Origin: Glaucostegus cemiculus
Lineage: Eukaryota
Length of the DNA: 64,000 bases
NCBI GenBank assembly: GCA_976551045.1
Contig: CDPCPM010000196.1
Span: 4,650,001-4,714,000, forward strand
Direction: 5' to 3'
Numbering within the stretch: position 1 is the first letter of the stretch; each line of letters starts with the position of its first letter. A model generated the notes under the pieces. That model ran no database searches and had not been told where the DNA came from. It was given only the letters and a program-made list of their open reading frames with translations. Positions 14,131-26,089 of the stretch are shown in pieces. Both the position numbers and the translations under genes were made by a program.

Positions 14131-14680
14131 CAAATGCTTTGTAGTATTTATTCAAGCCGCATTCGATGAAACAAAACACACTTTTGTAACTGCCAATCTC
14201 TCTCCAGTTGAGTTAATTTCCTTTTCTGGTTTCACAGTGAACATTGAAACCCTTTACTAATCGCAAATATCAAAATAAATGCAAGAGAACGTTACTGACA
14301 TAATCAAGATTGCAAATACTCTTGATTTCCTCAACACAAGCTGGAAAAATATAATCATTATATCTCAATGTCACTGATGTAAGAACACTTTACTGTCATT
14401 GTGGAGAGAATAAGAATGACGATGCATTTGTGGGATTGTGTAACAGTGCCATTCGATAGCTTTATCTTTTCATTTGCAAATTAATCGCAATTTGTGGAGA
14501 CATTCTAAGAATAACTGTGAACCTTCCGAATTTGTTTCTTAAAATAAATATAGCTAACGAAAATCGTTTCGCAATGTTCACGTCCCACTTGGGGTTTCAA
14601 TTAGCATAAATAAGATTTTATTCTGAGAAGAAGACCTTCTTCTCCACTGGTCTCGAAGACAGTGGTGCTTCTCTCTGAAT

Positions 14681-15780
14681 ACCGAACAGCTGGTAATCAC
14701 ACGTAGAACACATCTACTATCTTATTTTGACCAATTGGTATGCCTGGAAAGTTGATTATTATCAGACGTCGGTATTGTGGCGACGTCACCGTGTTATCCC
14801 CACCGTCAGCATGGTGTGAACACCCAAATAATAATTTCGCACAATCAGTGTCGACAACATGGCACTGCAGATATCCTAACCGGCTGTAGTTGCTTATATT
14901 TACATGAAAGGCACAATTCAAATGCCTTTATATTCGTGATGTATTTCTGATATCCCCATTCAGCAAAATTTAATCTGAGTATTGCTTTTCAACAAATTTA
15001 ATTAATGCTTCTTTGCTTTGATGGACAATGTTGCAGGTTTGTTTTAGCCAAAGTAAGACAAAAGTTGCAATTTGCAGAAATCGCCCAGATACTTGCCAAA
15101 GAGTTGTTTCTATTCCTTGATTTATACTTGCGGAGTTAGAGTTAGAATGAGGAATTGACCTTCTGGCCATTCGATATTCCTCCGCAATGGTTCCTTTGAT
15201 TGCAAACCGAACTCCTTAATATTTTCTAGAAATGGCAAAGAATTATTCTCAATAAATCAATCAAGAACCTACAATTTCTGCCTCAAAAATAATCAAAGAC
15301 TTTACTTTTGCCAGTCTAATGGAAGAAATTTCCGAAGACCTACAGTCCTCGGAGGAACAAATACGCTTCATCTCTCTCTTAGGTGTCTGACAACTATCTT
15401 ACAAGTGAAAAATATTTCTGGTTGGACGCCATGAGGGAAGAACATTGGGAATCGTACTGATGCAGAGATGGCGAATCGAAGTATAGCAATTAAGTTATTA
15501 CTCTCTTTTTCGGCTTCTTTTATCCTGCGGGAGATGATGCATCCCGTTTGTTACTTATCCACGTACTTTACAGATTCCCAGTTTTCAGCAGTGAATGGCA
15601 ACGACCTGTTCACCATTGTAATGAAATCTCGTCATTTGTTGTAAACATTTACGTTCTGACGTAAACAAATTTATTCGTGCAGCATCCAAGAGCAAATTTG
15701 GAAGTGAACTGAAGAATGTAATTAACCGTCCGCTGATAACGAAAGGAAATGATAATTACTTCACAAATTAAATACTGTAC
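14681..15780 (+). pseudogene. GPR139-like GPCR pseudogene, copy 3 (large internal deletion)
   Basis: Exon 1 homolog at 14681-14746 has the start changed to ACC and the donor GT changed to GA. Only the ICL3-TM6-TM7 part of exon 2 survives, from about 15420 (..DAEMANRSIAIKLLLSFSASFIL..NDLFTI..AASKSKFGSELK). Confidence 0.8.
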
Positions 15781-15844
15781 AATTGTCGATGTTCAAATGA
15801 TCAGTAATTTAGATGTGCAGACGGAACTTCAAAAGAAAATCGAG

Positions 15845-17010
15845 ATACTTTTGTGTGTCAATGACGTTATAGTGATATTGGTGGATAGTGTGACTTTCGA
15901 GATGAATACAGAGAGATATAGAAGAAGGAGTGCAGTGCCAAAAATGACCCAAGTGAATTTAAGGACGATGTCCGAAGCAAAGGTGAAAAAAAGGACGAGT
16001 TTCGCAACAGTGCAGGAAACGGCACTATTACTGCCGTCGATGTCGCGGAGATGGAGTTGCGGAGGAGTGCTCGAGTCGATTAAGGAGATGCCTTTTTCCA
16101 CTTTGCCAATGGAAACACAGACTTAGCCAAGATCCATGAGTATGACTACAAGTTTGTTTTATGAAAGTGAAGGATAGAACGAAAAGTGATTCATGGTATG
16201 TACAAGTTCTGCTCAGTAGATGAGAGTGTTTATAGAGGGAAACTATTTGTTTATTTGCTGTCGAAGGAAGCGGAGGATCCTGATGCCTACCTACTGAGGG
16301 TTAGAGAAGTATAAAGACTGGACGTCATTGAAGAAAACGTGACAGTTCCAGCCCAAGGACTGGAATATCCTAAAATGATCGAAGCATCGGAGTATACCGG
16401 ACGTAGACTAAAAGGAGACAGTACAGAATCAAGGCAAAAAGGAATATATGTTCTATGGGGAAAGATCAGGAAGAAATGCTGGGTATTCCAGAATCATTTT
16501 GCTTATTGCTCTTCAGTAAGAAATATTAGAGGTAAATACCGTGTTGCGGCACCACCATGTTGGACGTTGTGCTGTGGAGATCTCCTGATGTATTGACATG
16601 TCTTATGCTCAGGGAAACAGTGTTTTGGAGTTCATATGTGAGAACATACCTGGACTGGTGTATGAGGATGTGTCCAAGAACTACCGAAAGGCCCTTGCAC
16701 ATGTGCCAGACCACGCTTCTCTGCCGAATTGATGACGCCGTCGGTATTGTTGTGAAGTGAGTGGAGAGCTGCACATTTAGGATGGTACGTGTTGCACTTC
16801 AATGAGTGAAGAAATCATGGCGATTGATGATGCGTTGCCAAATGAAAATAAGAATGTCCATAAAGAATCAACGGGCAAAAGAAACTGTTCAAAGGGATTG
16901 AACTGGATGGAGTCGTAAGAATGGGTCGCCATTGGTGTAGCGCACCACTTTCCAAGTAAATAGGCACGGAGTGAGAAGGACAAAAGAAAAACTCGACATC
17001 ACTTCAGTCC
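15845..17010 (-). mobile_element. Penelope-like element RT remnant
   Basis: ORF 15829-16101(-) PQLHLRDIDGSNSAVSCTVAKLVLFFTFASDIVLKFTWVIF..LYLSVFISKVTLSTNI matches the Penelope RT segment (RYIDD..SCT..LKFTW..FLDLSVSIS). Confidence 0.75.
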
Positions 17011-18841
17011 TGGATCTCTATGACGTTCACGCACAGGTGTCCAAAGGTGAGAGCTATGCTGACGACAGACCTCTCGGTTGGAGAGGGAAGGTCGGGTGAA
17101 TGTAAAAGCATGACAGGGTTAGAGCTGTGGTCAGAAGGAGGTAATTCAAGAAAGGTTTCGATGAATATCTGTTTGGGATAGGGTTGTTGTTAGGGAATAG
17201 AGGGGAGTGTGAAAGGAAGAGGGTGGCATTTGTATGGGGCTTGGTTAAGAGAGTAGTCGAGGATGAGCCGCTGTGGAGTACTCGGAAAGGAAAGACCACG
17301 TGGAGCGCGGAGTGGCGCGGAATGGATCTGCAACCGGGCGGGAGATAGTTCCCTCCTTGCGAGGTATTGAGGGCCTTGACGGCTAAGTCACTGTTCATAA
17401 TCCCAAGAACACTTGTGCCGTGTAATTTTAACCGGGCAAAATCGTCTGCAATCTTATTTAGCAATTCCAAATCCCTCACATCAATTGCATCCCCACAAAT
17501 ATATCTGAATAACGCAACCTGAGAATTTTACATTTACCAATTGTGTCAGAATTCCACTTTTTTTCTGGACGACTTTGTATTTTGCTGGTAATCTATGCTT
17601 TACTGTTCCGACAGCTTCAGACGCAAAACTTAACAGAATTAAGCACATTTTATTTTCCAATACCCTCATTATTTTCCTGAGTAAATTTAGAAACGTGTCA
17701 GGCTGAGTGTCAAATGAAGGCACAAAGATAATCCCCTGCAACTCATCCCCAGAAATGACGGCAAGACATATTTTTCCCTGAAGGACAATACTGAGAAAAA
17801 TGAAATATCAAAATTATATCTATCCAAGCTGATGATTTTCAGTTTATCACACAAATAGACCAAGGTTTCAAGCAAGGTTTGGGAACGGTGTTAAATGCTT
17901 GCATGAAGTGTGAATTAATGGCCCCTGAAAACAATTTTGAAATGGATTTGAACAATAGTTTTGAACAAAATGTTTTTAGCTGCAACATGAACTCCCAACC
18001 CTGATGCTGAGTTTTTCAGACTGTGATTGCAAGCATGCCTTCTGCTTCTTTCTTACCCTATCCACCGACGTCGCTATGAAATTAGTTGTGAGCTGTGAAC
18101 TTCCACCCTAGTTTCCTCTGCATATAAACACTGCCGATAGCCTTGCCATTCAAGAGAAGTCATGCTTGTATTTGATATCTCGGTGCATTACCCCACACCA
18201 ATGCGGATTAAAGTCCATCTGCCACCACCTCCCCCAATATTTTAAATGAGACGTCGTTTTGTCACCTTTCAAAATATTCTTCCTTATTAAAACTCCACCA
18301 GTATAATTTACTTCTTTTCTTTTGGCTTTGCACTTGACGTTGAAACCCCTTGAGACTAATCGCAAATACCAGAAAAGGTACAAGGCGATATGATTCGTGG
18401 ATACGCTAGTAGAAGAGGTTAAGGCAAGAGGATATTATTATTACTGATATTATAAATAACTTTTTGCGAAGCAGATACGCGAATGTTATTCAATACAGGC
18501 AGTAAATATGCAAATATTCTATCTGTAAATATACATTGAAAGTTCGAAAGTGCTTCTGCCATTGAGGACAGAGCGAAAACAACGATTTATTTATGTGTGA
18601 TGACAGTGAACTTCAATGTCAGACTCTTTTTCACTGGGAGCACAATAGCAGTGTGTCAACAAATGTTCACAAAAAGTGTGACTCTTCCTGACCAGTTTGT
18701 TCAGATAATTGTAACAAATGACAATGGTTTAGCAATCTTCATGAGTCACTTGAAGTCAATCCTGATAAATAAGATTTTATTTTGAGAAGAAGAGACATAG
18801 TTTCTACTGCTTTCGAAGGCAGTGGTGGCCTCTCTCATAAT

Positions 18842-21800
18842 ATGGAACAACCCATAATCATACAAGTGGAAAGTATTTACTATCCTCTGCTTGCAATAGT
18901 TGGCGTTCCTGGTAAGCTTATATTTATGTTAACGTCTTTGAACCGCCACTGTGTCATTCGTATCATCTGCGCAGTGTTACCACTGCATCAATTATTTCGC
19001 ACAGTTGCTGTTGGCACAGTGATAGTATCTCTTTGCCAATGCACTGAATTTCCTAATAACTGCTTGACACTGCACTGTTAACTTTATATTTGTGTCATGT
19101 TGCTGATGTAACTGTTCAGCAAATTTAGTCGGATTATTTATAACAGCCATAAAATGAGGGTCCCATTGCTTCTATCAACAATGTTGTGGACTTGTTTATG
19201 GGCAGATTTACATATCATTTAATAAGCGGAACTGTTGACCGGGAAGAGGTTCGCTCTAAACGCGTGTGCTCAGGAAACGGTGATCGGGTAAACGGTTTAT
19301 CTGTCCATTTTGAGTCCTCCAACTGGGTCGTAAAGTCGTCAAGTGGAATTAAACAGAAAATGCAATCGGTTTAATTAGTAGGCACGTGTGCTTCACAAGG
19401 TTGTGCCACTGCCAGAAATTAATTTTTCTTCAGCTGGGTACTATTCCACGAAAGTTTTTTTTTTAGGTTGTCTTACTCTGTGTAAGAAGTCCATGGCGCA
19501 ATGGTCCCAATGCGTTTAATCCATGCTTTACCATGAAAAACTAATCCCAGCTAAGCGAATTGCATTTAGACGTCGAAAGTATTTTTTTCGAGCATTCCTT
19601 AAATCGAGTATAAACGGTCCATTGTTTAGCCGTCACCAGAGATGATCGGCATAGCCCATCACCAAATGATGCTTCCTGTAGCTTTCAACGCTCTCATCAA
19701 CCGCACAGATGAAAGTATGATTTTCTTTCTCCAACGATATTAATGCCAGGCATAGATAACCAAGGCCAAATCTCTACCATCGTGTTATACATACTGTGGC
19801 AGAACTCGCTATCTTCTTTTCATGTCTCTTCTTTGCAACAAATCGTAGAAACAGTGCAATTTCGTAAGACATTTGAATCCAAATGTGATTGTTGAAATAT
19901 TTTTTTTTAACCTGAGGAGAATCAGGATGAACTGCACTAAAACTAAAACGAGTGATAGAACTGTTAATCAGCCCTAAAAGAGAATGGATTTGCATGCACA
20001 GAGTAGCCGCAGAATCATAGTTCTGTTTGAAAATGGCACAGTTGCAATATGTGAAGTTTTGTGTTTGAAGTAGATTTAAGCGTAAATGAGAAGAGAAAGT
20101 TGTCATTGGTACAATTCACTCGGACTAATTGCTAAACAACTTTCTATTTGTTGGCATAATTACGGAGCTATAGCTAGGAGTTGCGGTTGATCCCTTGGAC
20201 CCTCGAGGCGATGTCACATATGATTGTCTAACAACGGGAAACATTCAACCCAACCCATTCAGAACATATCCACTCGGTAACAAAACAAATTCAAATTATC
20301 TGCGACGATCAACTTATGCAATGAGAAATCCAAAGATTCACAGCCCACTGTGAAAAAAAAAAATCTCTTGTAAATGTCCGGGATTGATTTTGAAGTTAAA
20401 GCGAATTCTGGATTCTCCGCCAAGTGGTTATATTCTTTCCACATTCACTGTGTAAAGACCACTTTGGGTCATATATAATGCAAGTAAGGAACCTCTGACC
20501 CTCTTATCTTCTATGCAAGCAACCCGAGACTGCCCAGATCTATTCACATGAAAGTAAAATCGAATCAATTGCATACCGTGAGCTACATCCATTCTCAGCT
20601 GAAACGTCTTTGAGGGGAATTCTTCAAATTCTTCCCAGCACCACCCTCGTCCCGAACCAACAACCCCCCCCACGCTTCCTTCACACGTACGTAGCCTCGA
20701 TACCCGACATTTCGAATAAGAACTAGATGAGAAAACAGTTGAAACATTCGAACGAAATAACCATATACAATTCGATATATTTTTAATGCAACAAACTCAA
20801 GAAATATTATTCGAGTGGACTTGCTGAAGCAAATCTCAGTGAACGTTGCTGAAGGGAATTTTCCCCCGTTTGCGGTGGACAAAATCAGAGAATATTAAAC
20901 GCCGTCTTCAATTAGGAGGTGGGGGGGGGAAACTTCCTGATGACCAAAGACAAAAAGAAAAGGAGAACCCTTCCGAAGAGGCGGCAGTGACTTAATCATT
21001 TGTTCTTGTTAATGTATAGAGCAGTTCAAAATCAAATGTTGATCGACGTTCTTGTTCCAATTGCAGTTAAAGTAAATTTGTCAGATTTGACATGCAACAT
21101 CAATCATATAAGTAGGTTGGAAAGAGAAACATCTTGATAGTTCATCAAGTCCAGACTTTGATCCTCCAGACTGTTAAAGTTTAGAACATACACAAGACTT
21201 TTTTCATCATTTGCAACTTTATAATCAGAATAATTGTCAACTGTAAGCATTAAGGGTGCATTCACATTTTATTTAAATAAATCCCAAAGCTCACCATTCT
21301 ACTTTGCCTTTTCAGCAAACTATGGCAATTATCGTTCTCTGTCGTGGAAACTGCGGTCTCTCAAAATACATCACCCGGTACCTGCTGTCCATGGCACTGG
21401 CTGACCTCATGGTTCTGATATTTGAAGTAATTCTCTATGAGATAAAGGATAGTTACTTCCCACATTCATTCCTGAACTACACGCCAATCTGTCGTCTAAA
21501 TCTGACACTTCTCTTTATTTGCCTTGATTACTCTGTCTGGTTAACCGTAGCATTTACCTTTGATCGATTTGTTGCAATCTGATGTCAAACATTACGAGCA
21601 AGATAATGTACCGAGAAAACAGTCTGTTTAATAGTGGTCGTGGTGTGTCTGTTTCGTCTTTCACAAAATGCTCCGGCATTCATCATGTATCAACTTCTGG
21701 AAATTATTGACAACATGCCTTGGTCCTGTGTCATAAAATACAGCTTCTATTCTTTGCCGATATGGGGAATTATACTGTGGTTAGATACAATTTTAACACC

Positions 21801-22218
21801 AATTCTGCCGTTTGTTTTGATTGTGCCGCTCAATGGCCTGACAATTAAGTACATTTCATTCGCCAACAGAGAGAGGCGCGGTCTCCGAGAAGGAAATGCC
21901 ATTGGGAATAATAATGATCCAGAGTTGGCAAATCGAAGGAAATAGATGACTTTACTACTCTCTATATCTGGTTCTTTTGTCGTGCTCTGGATGGTAATTT
22001 TCAGTTGTTACATATGCGTGCAGTTAACAGGTGCCCAATTTTTCGGAGTTAATTACAACGACCCGTTCACCATTGCAGAACAGTCTGGTTATATGTTGAG
22101 GTGTTTGAGTTCTTGCACAAACACCTTTATTTATGCAGTGTCTCAGGGCAAATTCAGAAATGAACTGAGGAAGCTCATACAACATCCGCTGGAACTATTT
22201 GGTAATATAATAAATTAA
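18842..22218 (+). pseudogene. GPR139-like GPCR pseudogene, copy 4 (full length)
   Basis: Intact exon 1 at 18842-18911 (MEQPIIIQVESIYYPLLAIVGVP-G|gtaag). Exon 2 runs 21316-22218 with a frameshift just after the acceptor (caaactatggca) and in-frame stops at 21580, 21604 and 21943. All seven TM segments, FTFDRF and NTFIY are recognisable. Confidence 0.93.
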
Positions 22219-22609
22219 AAATAATTGCTTCACACATTGAAAAAAAAAGTCTGTAACATAGATATTTAGATGCAAAGGTACAGATAGATGGCCAGAAGTC
22301 TGTATTTTATACGTGCATAGAAGCATATTCAAAATATTTCTGAAAGGAACTGCTTCTCAAAGTTACAAAAAATTGCAGCGGATAGAAACTAGACATTACA
22401 CTTCAATTAACTTCTCGACTCGAATGCATTCATTTATATGTGCATGATATTTTTTAATGCTGGATATAGAAGTGTGTGAGATGGTTGTCAGGTTATTGTT
22501 TTAAACTTCTCCTCTAAGCCATCCAAATGTGGTAGTAATTTATTCTCGCAATTGTCTTCTTGGTCCAGCAATTATTCTGCTTATCCACTTTATTTCACTC
22601 CCATTAAAT

Positions 22610-23560
22610 ATCTGCTGGAGGACCTCAAGAAGATAGACCATTAACTGTTGTATTAACTGTTGTATTCGACCTTCTGAATCCTGATATGATAAAAACTTTA
22701 AGGAGGTGAACGGTAGGGTTGAATAACTGACTTTTAGGCCAGAGGTAGAACCACGTGAGGTGGATACTAAACGGTTGATGGAACCAGTTTCATAAGGGAG
22801 AATTTCGAGACAGAGACTAATGTGTGATTGGAAATAGATAAGGAAACAGGGTAGATGTTGCCGGTAGTGTAGGGAACGGTAAGGCCATGTTACAGGCTGG
22901 AAGGTAATAAATGGAACCGGAGATGGGTTGATAATGGACAGGAGGAAGGGCAGGTTAGGTTGACAGGTCTGTTGGTGATGTACAGATGCAAATGGGAATT
23001 TTGATCAAAAGAGGGAACATAGGAGTGTGAGTGGAACACAGTGCGTGTTTGGGTTAACTGACATCGCATACCTCAATGTAAATACATTGACTTGAAAGAC
23101 ACCCAAATGAAATACGAGGCGTTGATCTTCGTGTGTTCATTTGGCCTCCTGGGGGCCGTGGAGAAGGCAAAGAGCAGAAGATCGTTGGGCGAATGCTTAG
23201 GTGTGTTGGTGAATATATTGTCACCTGAGATGGACACAGAGAGATCCAGAAAAAGGAGAGCAATGCCAGAGAAGTCCAATTGAATTTGAGGGCATTGGTG
23301 GAAGTTAGAAGCAAAGGTGATATAACTGACATTTCCACACAGCTAGAGGAGACGGCACCAATTCAGTGGTCGATATAGCGGACAAAGAGTGTTGAGGGGG
23401 GATTCAGAGCAGGTTTGTAACACGGAGTGTTCCACATGGCCTCTGTTAAAACTGCCTTAACAGACTTACGCCTGTCCATGGCAGCCTTTTAATTTCCAGA
23501 AATTGAAGAAATCGTAGAAGTTATTGAGGAGGAGGACAAGTTCAGCTGGTCAGATTGAAG
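22610..23560 (-). mobile_element. Penelope-like element, 3' part (interrupted by the LTR-derived insertion)
   Basis: Antisense RYID at about 23370-23381 and ALLFLDLSVSISGDNIFT (ORF 23073-23279). The element resumes at 26090. Confidence 0.8.
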
Positions 23561-24389
23561 TGTTACGAAGTAGCTTACTTAGGCAAATATCCCTTTTAGA
23601 TGGGACATTGTGTGTGTGTGCAACGTATTATGTCAGCAGAAGACTAACGTGGTGACATCATTACAAGAGAGAAAAAGATAAGAGAGAGAGACAGACAGAC
23701 AGATGGAAAGAGAGAAGAAGGAGAGACGGCAGCTTGTTTTGTTTCTGTCGTTGGATGAAGGACAGTAACTGTGTTTGTCACTAAAATCCGTGGATGGATT
23801 TCTGGAGTAGTCCAGTGGAGTTCACTTTGTCGGTAACCTGTAGAAGGACACAGGTGTTTGCGTGAACAACCACATTTTGGATGCTCTTCAGAGTGGCAGA
23901 TACTGTGGAACAAAGTGATGGAATTCACTTTGCTGCTAACCTGTAGAAGAACACAGGTATTTGCATGGACAGTCACGATCAAGGAGTTTTCAGTGTGAGA
24001 AAGTCACAACTGAGTAAGCCCTGAAGTGTCGTTTGAGTTTCGAGTGGAACATTTGGATTTCGTGATTCCTCTCTAATCTCTCTCTATATCTATGTTTTGT
24101 CTTCGGTGGACAGTGCTTGTGAAGAAGCCTTTATTCGTGTCATCTTACGGCTTATTGAACTGAACTTTAAGAACTAATTCCTGGACTTGGAGTTTAGGAA
24201 CTTGCCGCACACACATGACGAGTAGTTTTGGGGTTATAGTTTTGGGGTTAAGATTCTAACATTATATTGTGTACTAATATACTAACTTTTTATTCTTATT
24301 TTACGTATTATCAGATATAGTTATTAATAAAGTAGTTTTAACACTGAAGTATGAATTGGTGTGCTTCTTTTGTTGCTGGTTTCGTAACA
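23561..24389 (+). repeat. 5' LTR (829 bp)
   Basis: Starts TGTTACGAA and ends TTCGTAACA, with AATAAA at 24326-24331 and an internal direct repeat of about 57 bp (23817-23875 / 23920-23977). The PBS follows 4 nt later. Confidence 0.9.
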
Positions 24390-24393
24390 AAAT

Positions 24394-24411
24394 TGGGGGC
24401 TCGTCCGGGAT
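24394..24411 (+). promoter_or_regulatory. tRNA-Pro primer binding site
   Basis: TGGGGGCTCGTCCGGGAT is the canonical 18-nt complement of the tRNA-Pro 3' end and sits directly after the LTR. Confidence 0.93.
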
Positions 24412-24561
24412 CTTCCCAAGATTAATGAGTGTCGTTCTGGGATCCAGTCCAAAGATTTGGCTTGCAGTCAAACTTAAGACTGGTACTGGAGGTCTGAGTT
24501 TGGACATTGGGGTTGGTCCAATACATTTTCTTAATTGGCGTGTGTGTGGAAACCAGTAGCA

Positions 24562-25560
24562 ATGGATGCGTTTATGAAAAAACCCACACCAAGTGGATTG
24601 CAGAGAATGAAGAAGTCTGAATTATTAATTCTTGCTACAGAGCTAAAACTTACGACAGTAACACAATCTATGAGAAAAGCAGATATCCAGAAAATAATAG
24701 CTGGTCATTATGTAAAGATGCAAGTGTTTGAAGAGGGAGTAGTAAAACAATTTCCTGGCAGTGAACAAATGATTTCTGATGCCCAAATTCAGTTAGCAAA
24801 GATAGAGGCTGAAAGGGAACAAAGAAAGATAGATGCTGAGTTAGAAAGGGACAGATTGAAATTTGAGGCTGAGGCAGAACAAAGAAAGATAGATTCTGAA
24901 CGAGAACGATTGAAATTTGAGGCTGAGGCAGAGCAAAGGAAACTAGAATCTGAAAGAGAGCAAAGGAAACTAGAGGCAGAGGAAAAGAGATTGAAATTTG
25001 AGGCTGAGGCAGAGCAAAGGAAACTAGAGGTAGAGGAAAAGAGGATGGAATTGAGGAGGATGGAGCTGGAAGGTAAGGAAAGGGAGAAACAAAGGAAATA
25101 TGATTTAAGACTGAAGAGACAGAGTTCAGATTCTGATTCTGATGATGAGTTTTCAGCCAGTAGGGAGGTTAGGTTAGTCCCTCCTTTTGATGAAGATCAG
25201 GTTGAACAGTATTTCCAACATTTTGAAAAGGTTGCTACGAGTCTAAGTTGGCCAAAGAGGAGATGGGCTCTTATGTTACAGAGTGTGATTAAAGGCAAAG
25301 CTCAAAAAGCTTATTCTGCTTTGTCTGTGGAGGAGGCAGCTGATTATGAAAAAGTAAAACAAGCAATCTTGAAAGTGTATGAGTTGGTACCAGAAGCGTA
25401 CAGACAAAAGTTTAGAGACTTGAAGAAAACTTCAGATCAAACATACATGGAGTTTGCCAATGGAAAGAGAATATGTTTTGAACGATGGTGTATGGCGAAA
25501 GATGTAGTTGATGATTATAACAAATTGACAGAATTAGTTTTAATAGAAGACAAAACATAG
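24562..25560 (+). CDS. gag: Gypsy/Gmr1-like Gag, C-terminally truncated (332 aa)
   Basis: Open frame from ATG 24562. It has a coiled-coil repeat region, then capsid-like VRLVPPFDEDQVEQYFQHFEKVATSLSWP..GKAQKAYSAL..YELVPEAYRQKFR (SCAN-related motif). The final codons and TAG come from the inverted LTR copy. No zinc knuckle or pol. Confidence 0.88.
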   Translation: MDAFMKKPTPSGLQRMKKSELLILATELKLTTVTQSMRKADIQKIIAGHYVKMQVFEEGVVKQFPGSEQMISDAQIQLAKIEAEREQRKIDAELERDRLKFEAEAEQRKIDSERERLKFEAEAEQRKLESEREQRKLEAEEKRLKFEAEAEQRKLEVEEKRMELRRMELEGKEREKQRKYDLRLKRQSSDSDSDDEFSASREVRLVPPFDEDQVEQYFQHFEKVATSLSWPKRRWALMLQSVIKGKAQKAYSALSVEEAADYEKVKQAILKVYELVPEAYRQKFRDLKKTSDQTYMEFANGKRICFERWCMAKDVVDDYNKLTELVLIEDKT

Positions 25561-26089
25561 ATATAGAGAGAGATTAGAGAGGAATCACGAAATCCAAATG
25601 TTCCACTCGAAACTCAAACGACACTTCAGGGCTTACTCAGTTGTGACTTTCTCACACTGAAAACTCCTTGATCGTGACTGTCCATGCAAATACCTGTGTT
25701 CTTCTACAGGTTAGCAGCAAAGTGAATTCCATCACTTTGTTCCACAGTATCTGCCACTCTGAAGAGCATCCAAAATGTGGTTGTTCACGCAAACACCTGT
25801 GTCCTTCTACAGGTTACCGACAAAGTGAACTCCACTGGACTACTCCAGAAATCCATCCACGGATTTTAGTGACAAACACAGTTACTGTCCTTCATCCAAC
25901 GACAGAAACAAAACAAGCTGCCGTCTCTCCTTCTTCTCTCTTTCCATCTGTCTGTCTGTCTCTCTCTCTTATCTTTTTCTCTCTTGTAATGATGTCACCA
26001 CGTTAGTCTTCTGCTGACATAATACGTTGCACACACACACAATGTCCCATCTAAAAGGGATATTTGCCTAAGTAAGCTACTTCGTAACA
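25546..26089 (-). repeat. Inverted 544-bp copy of LTR positions 23561-24104
   Basis: Reverse complement of 23561-24104. The ORF track gives identical 112-aa peptides at 23644-23982(-) and 25668-26006(+), and I saw no mismatch in the parts compared by eye. Confidence 0.95.

Larger units (their letters stand above)
23561..26089 (+). mobile_element. Gypsy (Gmr1-like) LTR-retrotransposon derivative ending in an inverted partial LTR; 4-bp TSD GAAG
   Basis: Termini are TGTTACGAA...TTCGTAACA. GAAG is present at 23557-23560 and 26090-26093. Order: LTR, PBS, gag, inverted LTR. No pol. Confidence 0.92.

Noticed and set aside
17040-17480. 141-aa minus-strand ORF as a gene or LINE endonuclease
   Set aside because: No recognisable motif, and it lies next to decayed repeats. 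It cannot be supported.
24394-24411. Gammaretrovirus (the PBS is identical to the MLV tRNA-Pro PBS)
   Set aside because: The Gag is Gypsy/Gmr1-like and there is no env. A shared PBS reflects only a shared primer tRNA.
23644-26006. Two identical 112-aa ORFs as a duplicated gene
   Set aside because: Both are antisense readings of the LTR arm with a TTG start. Their identity is due only to the inverted repeat.
23561-26089. DIRS element, or DNA transposon/MITE, because of the long inverted termini
   Set aside because: There is no tyrosine recombinase or transposase. The tRNA PBS, TG..CA LTR, 4-bp TSD and Gypsy-type gag all indicate an LTR-retrotransposon origin.
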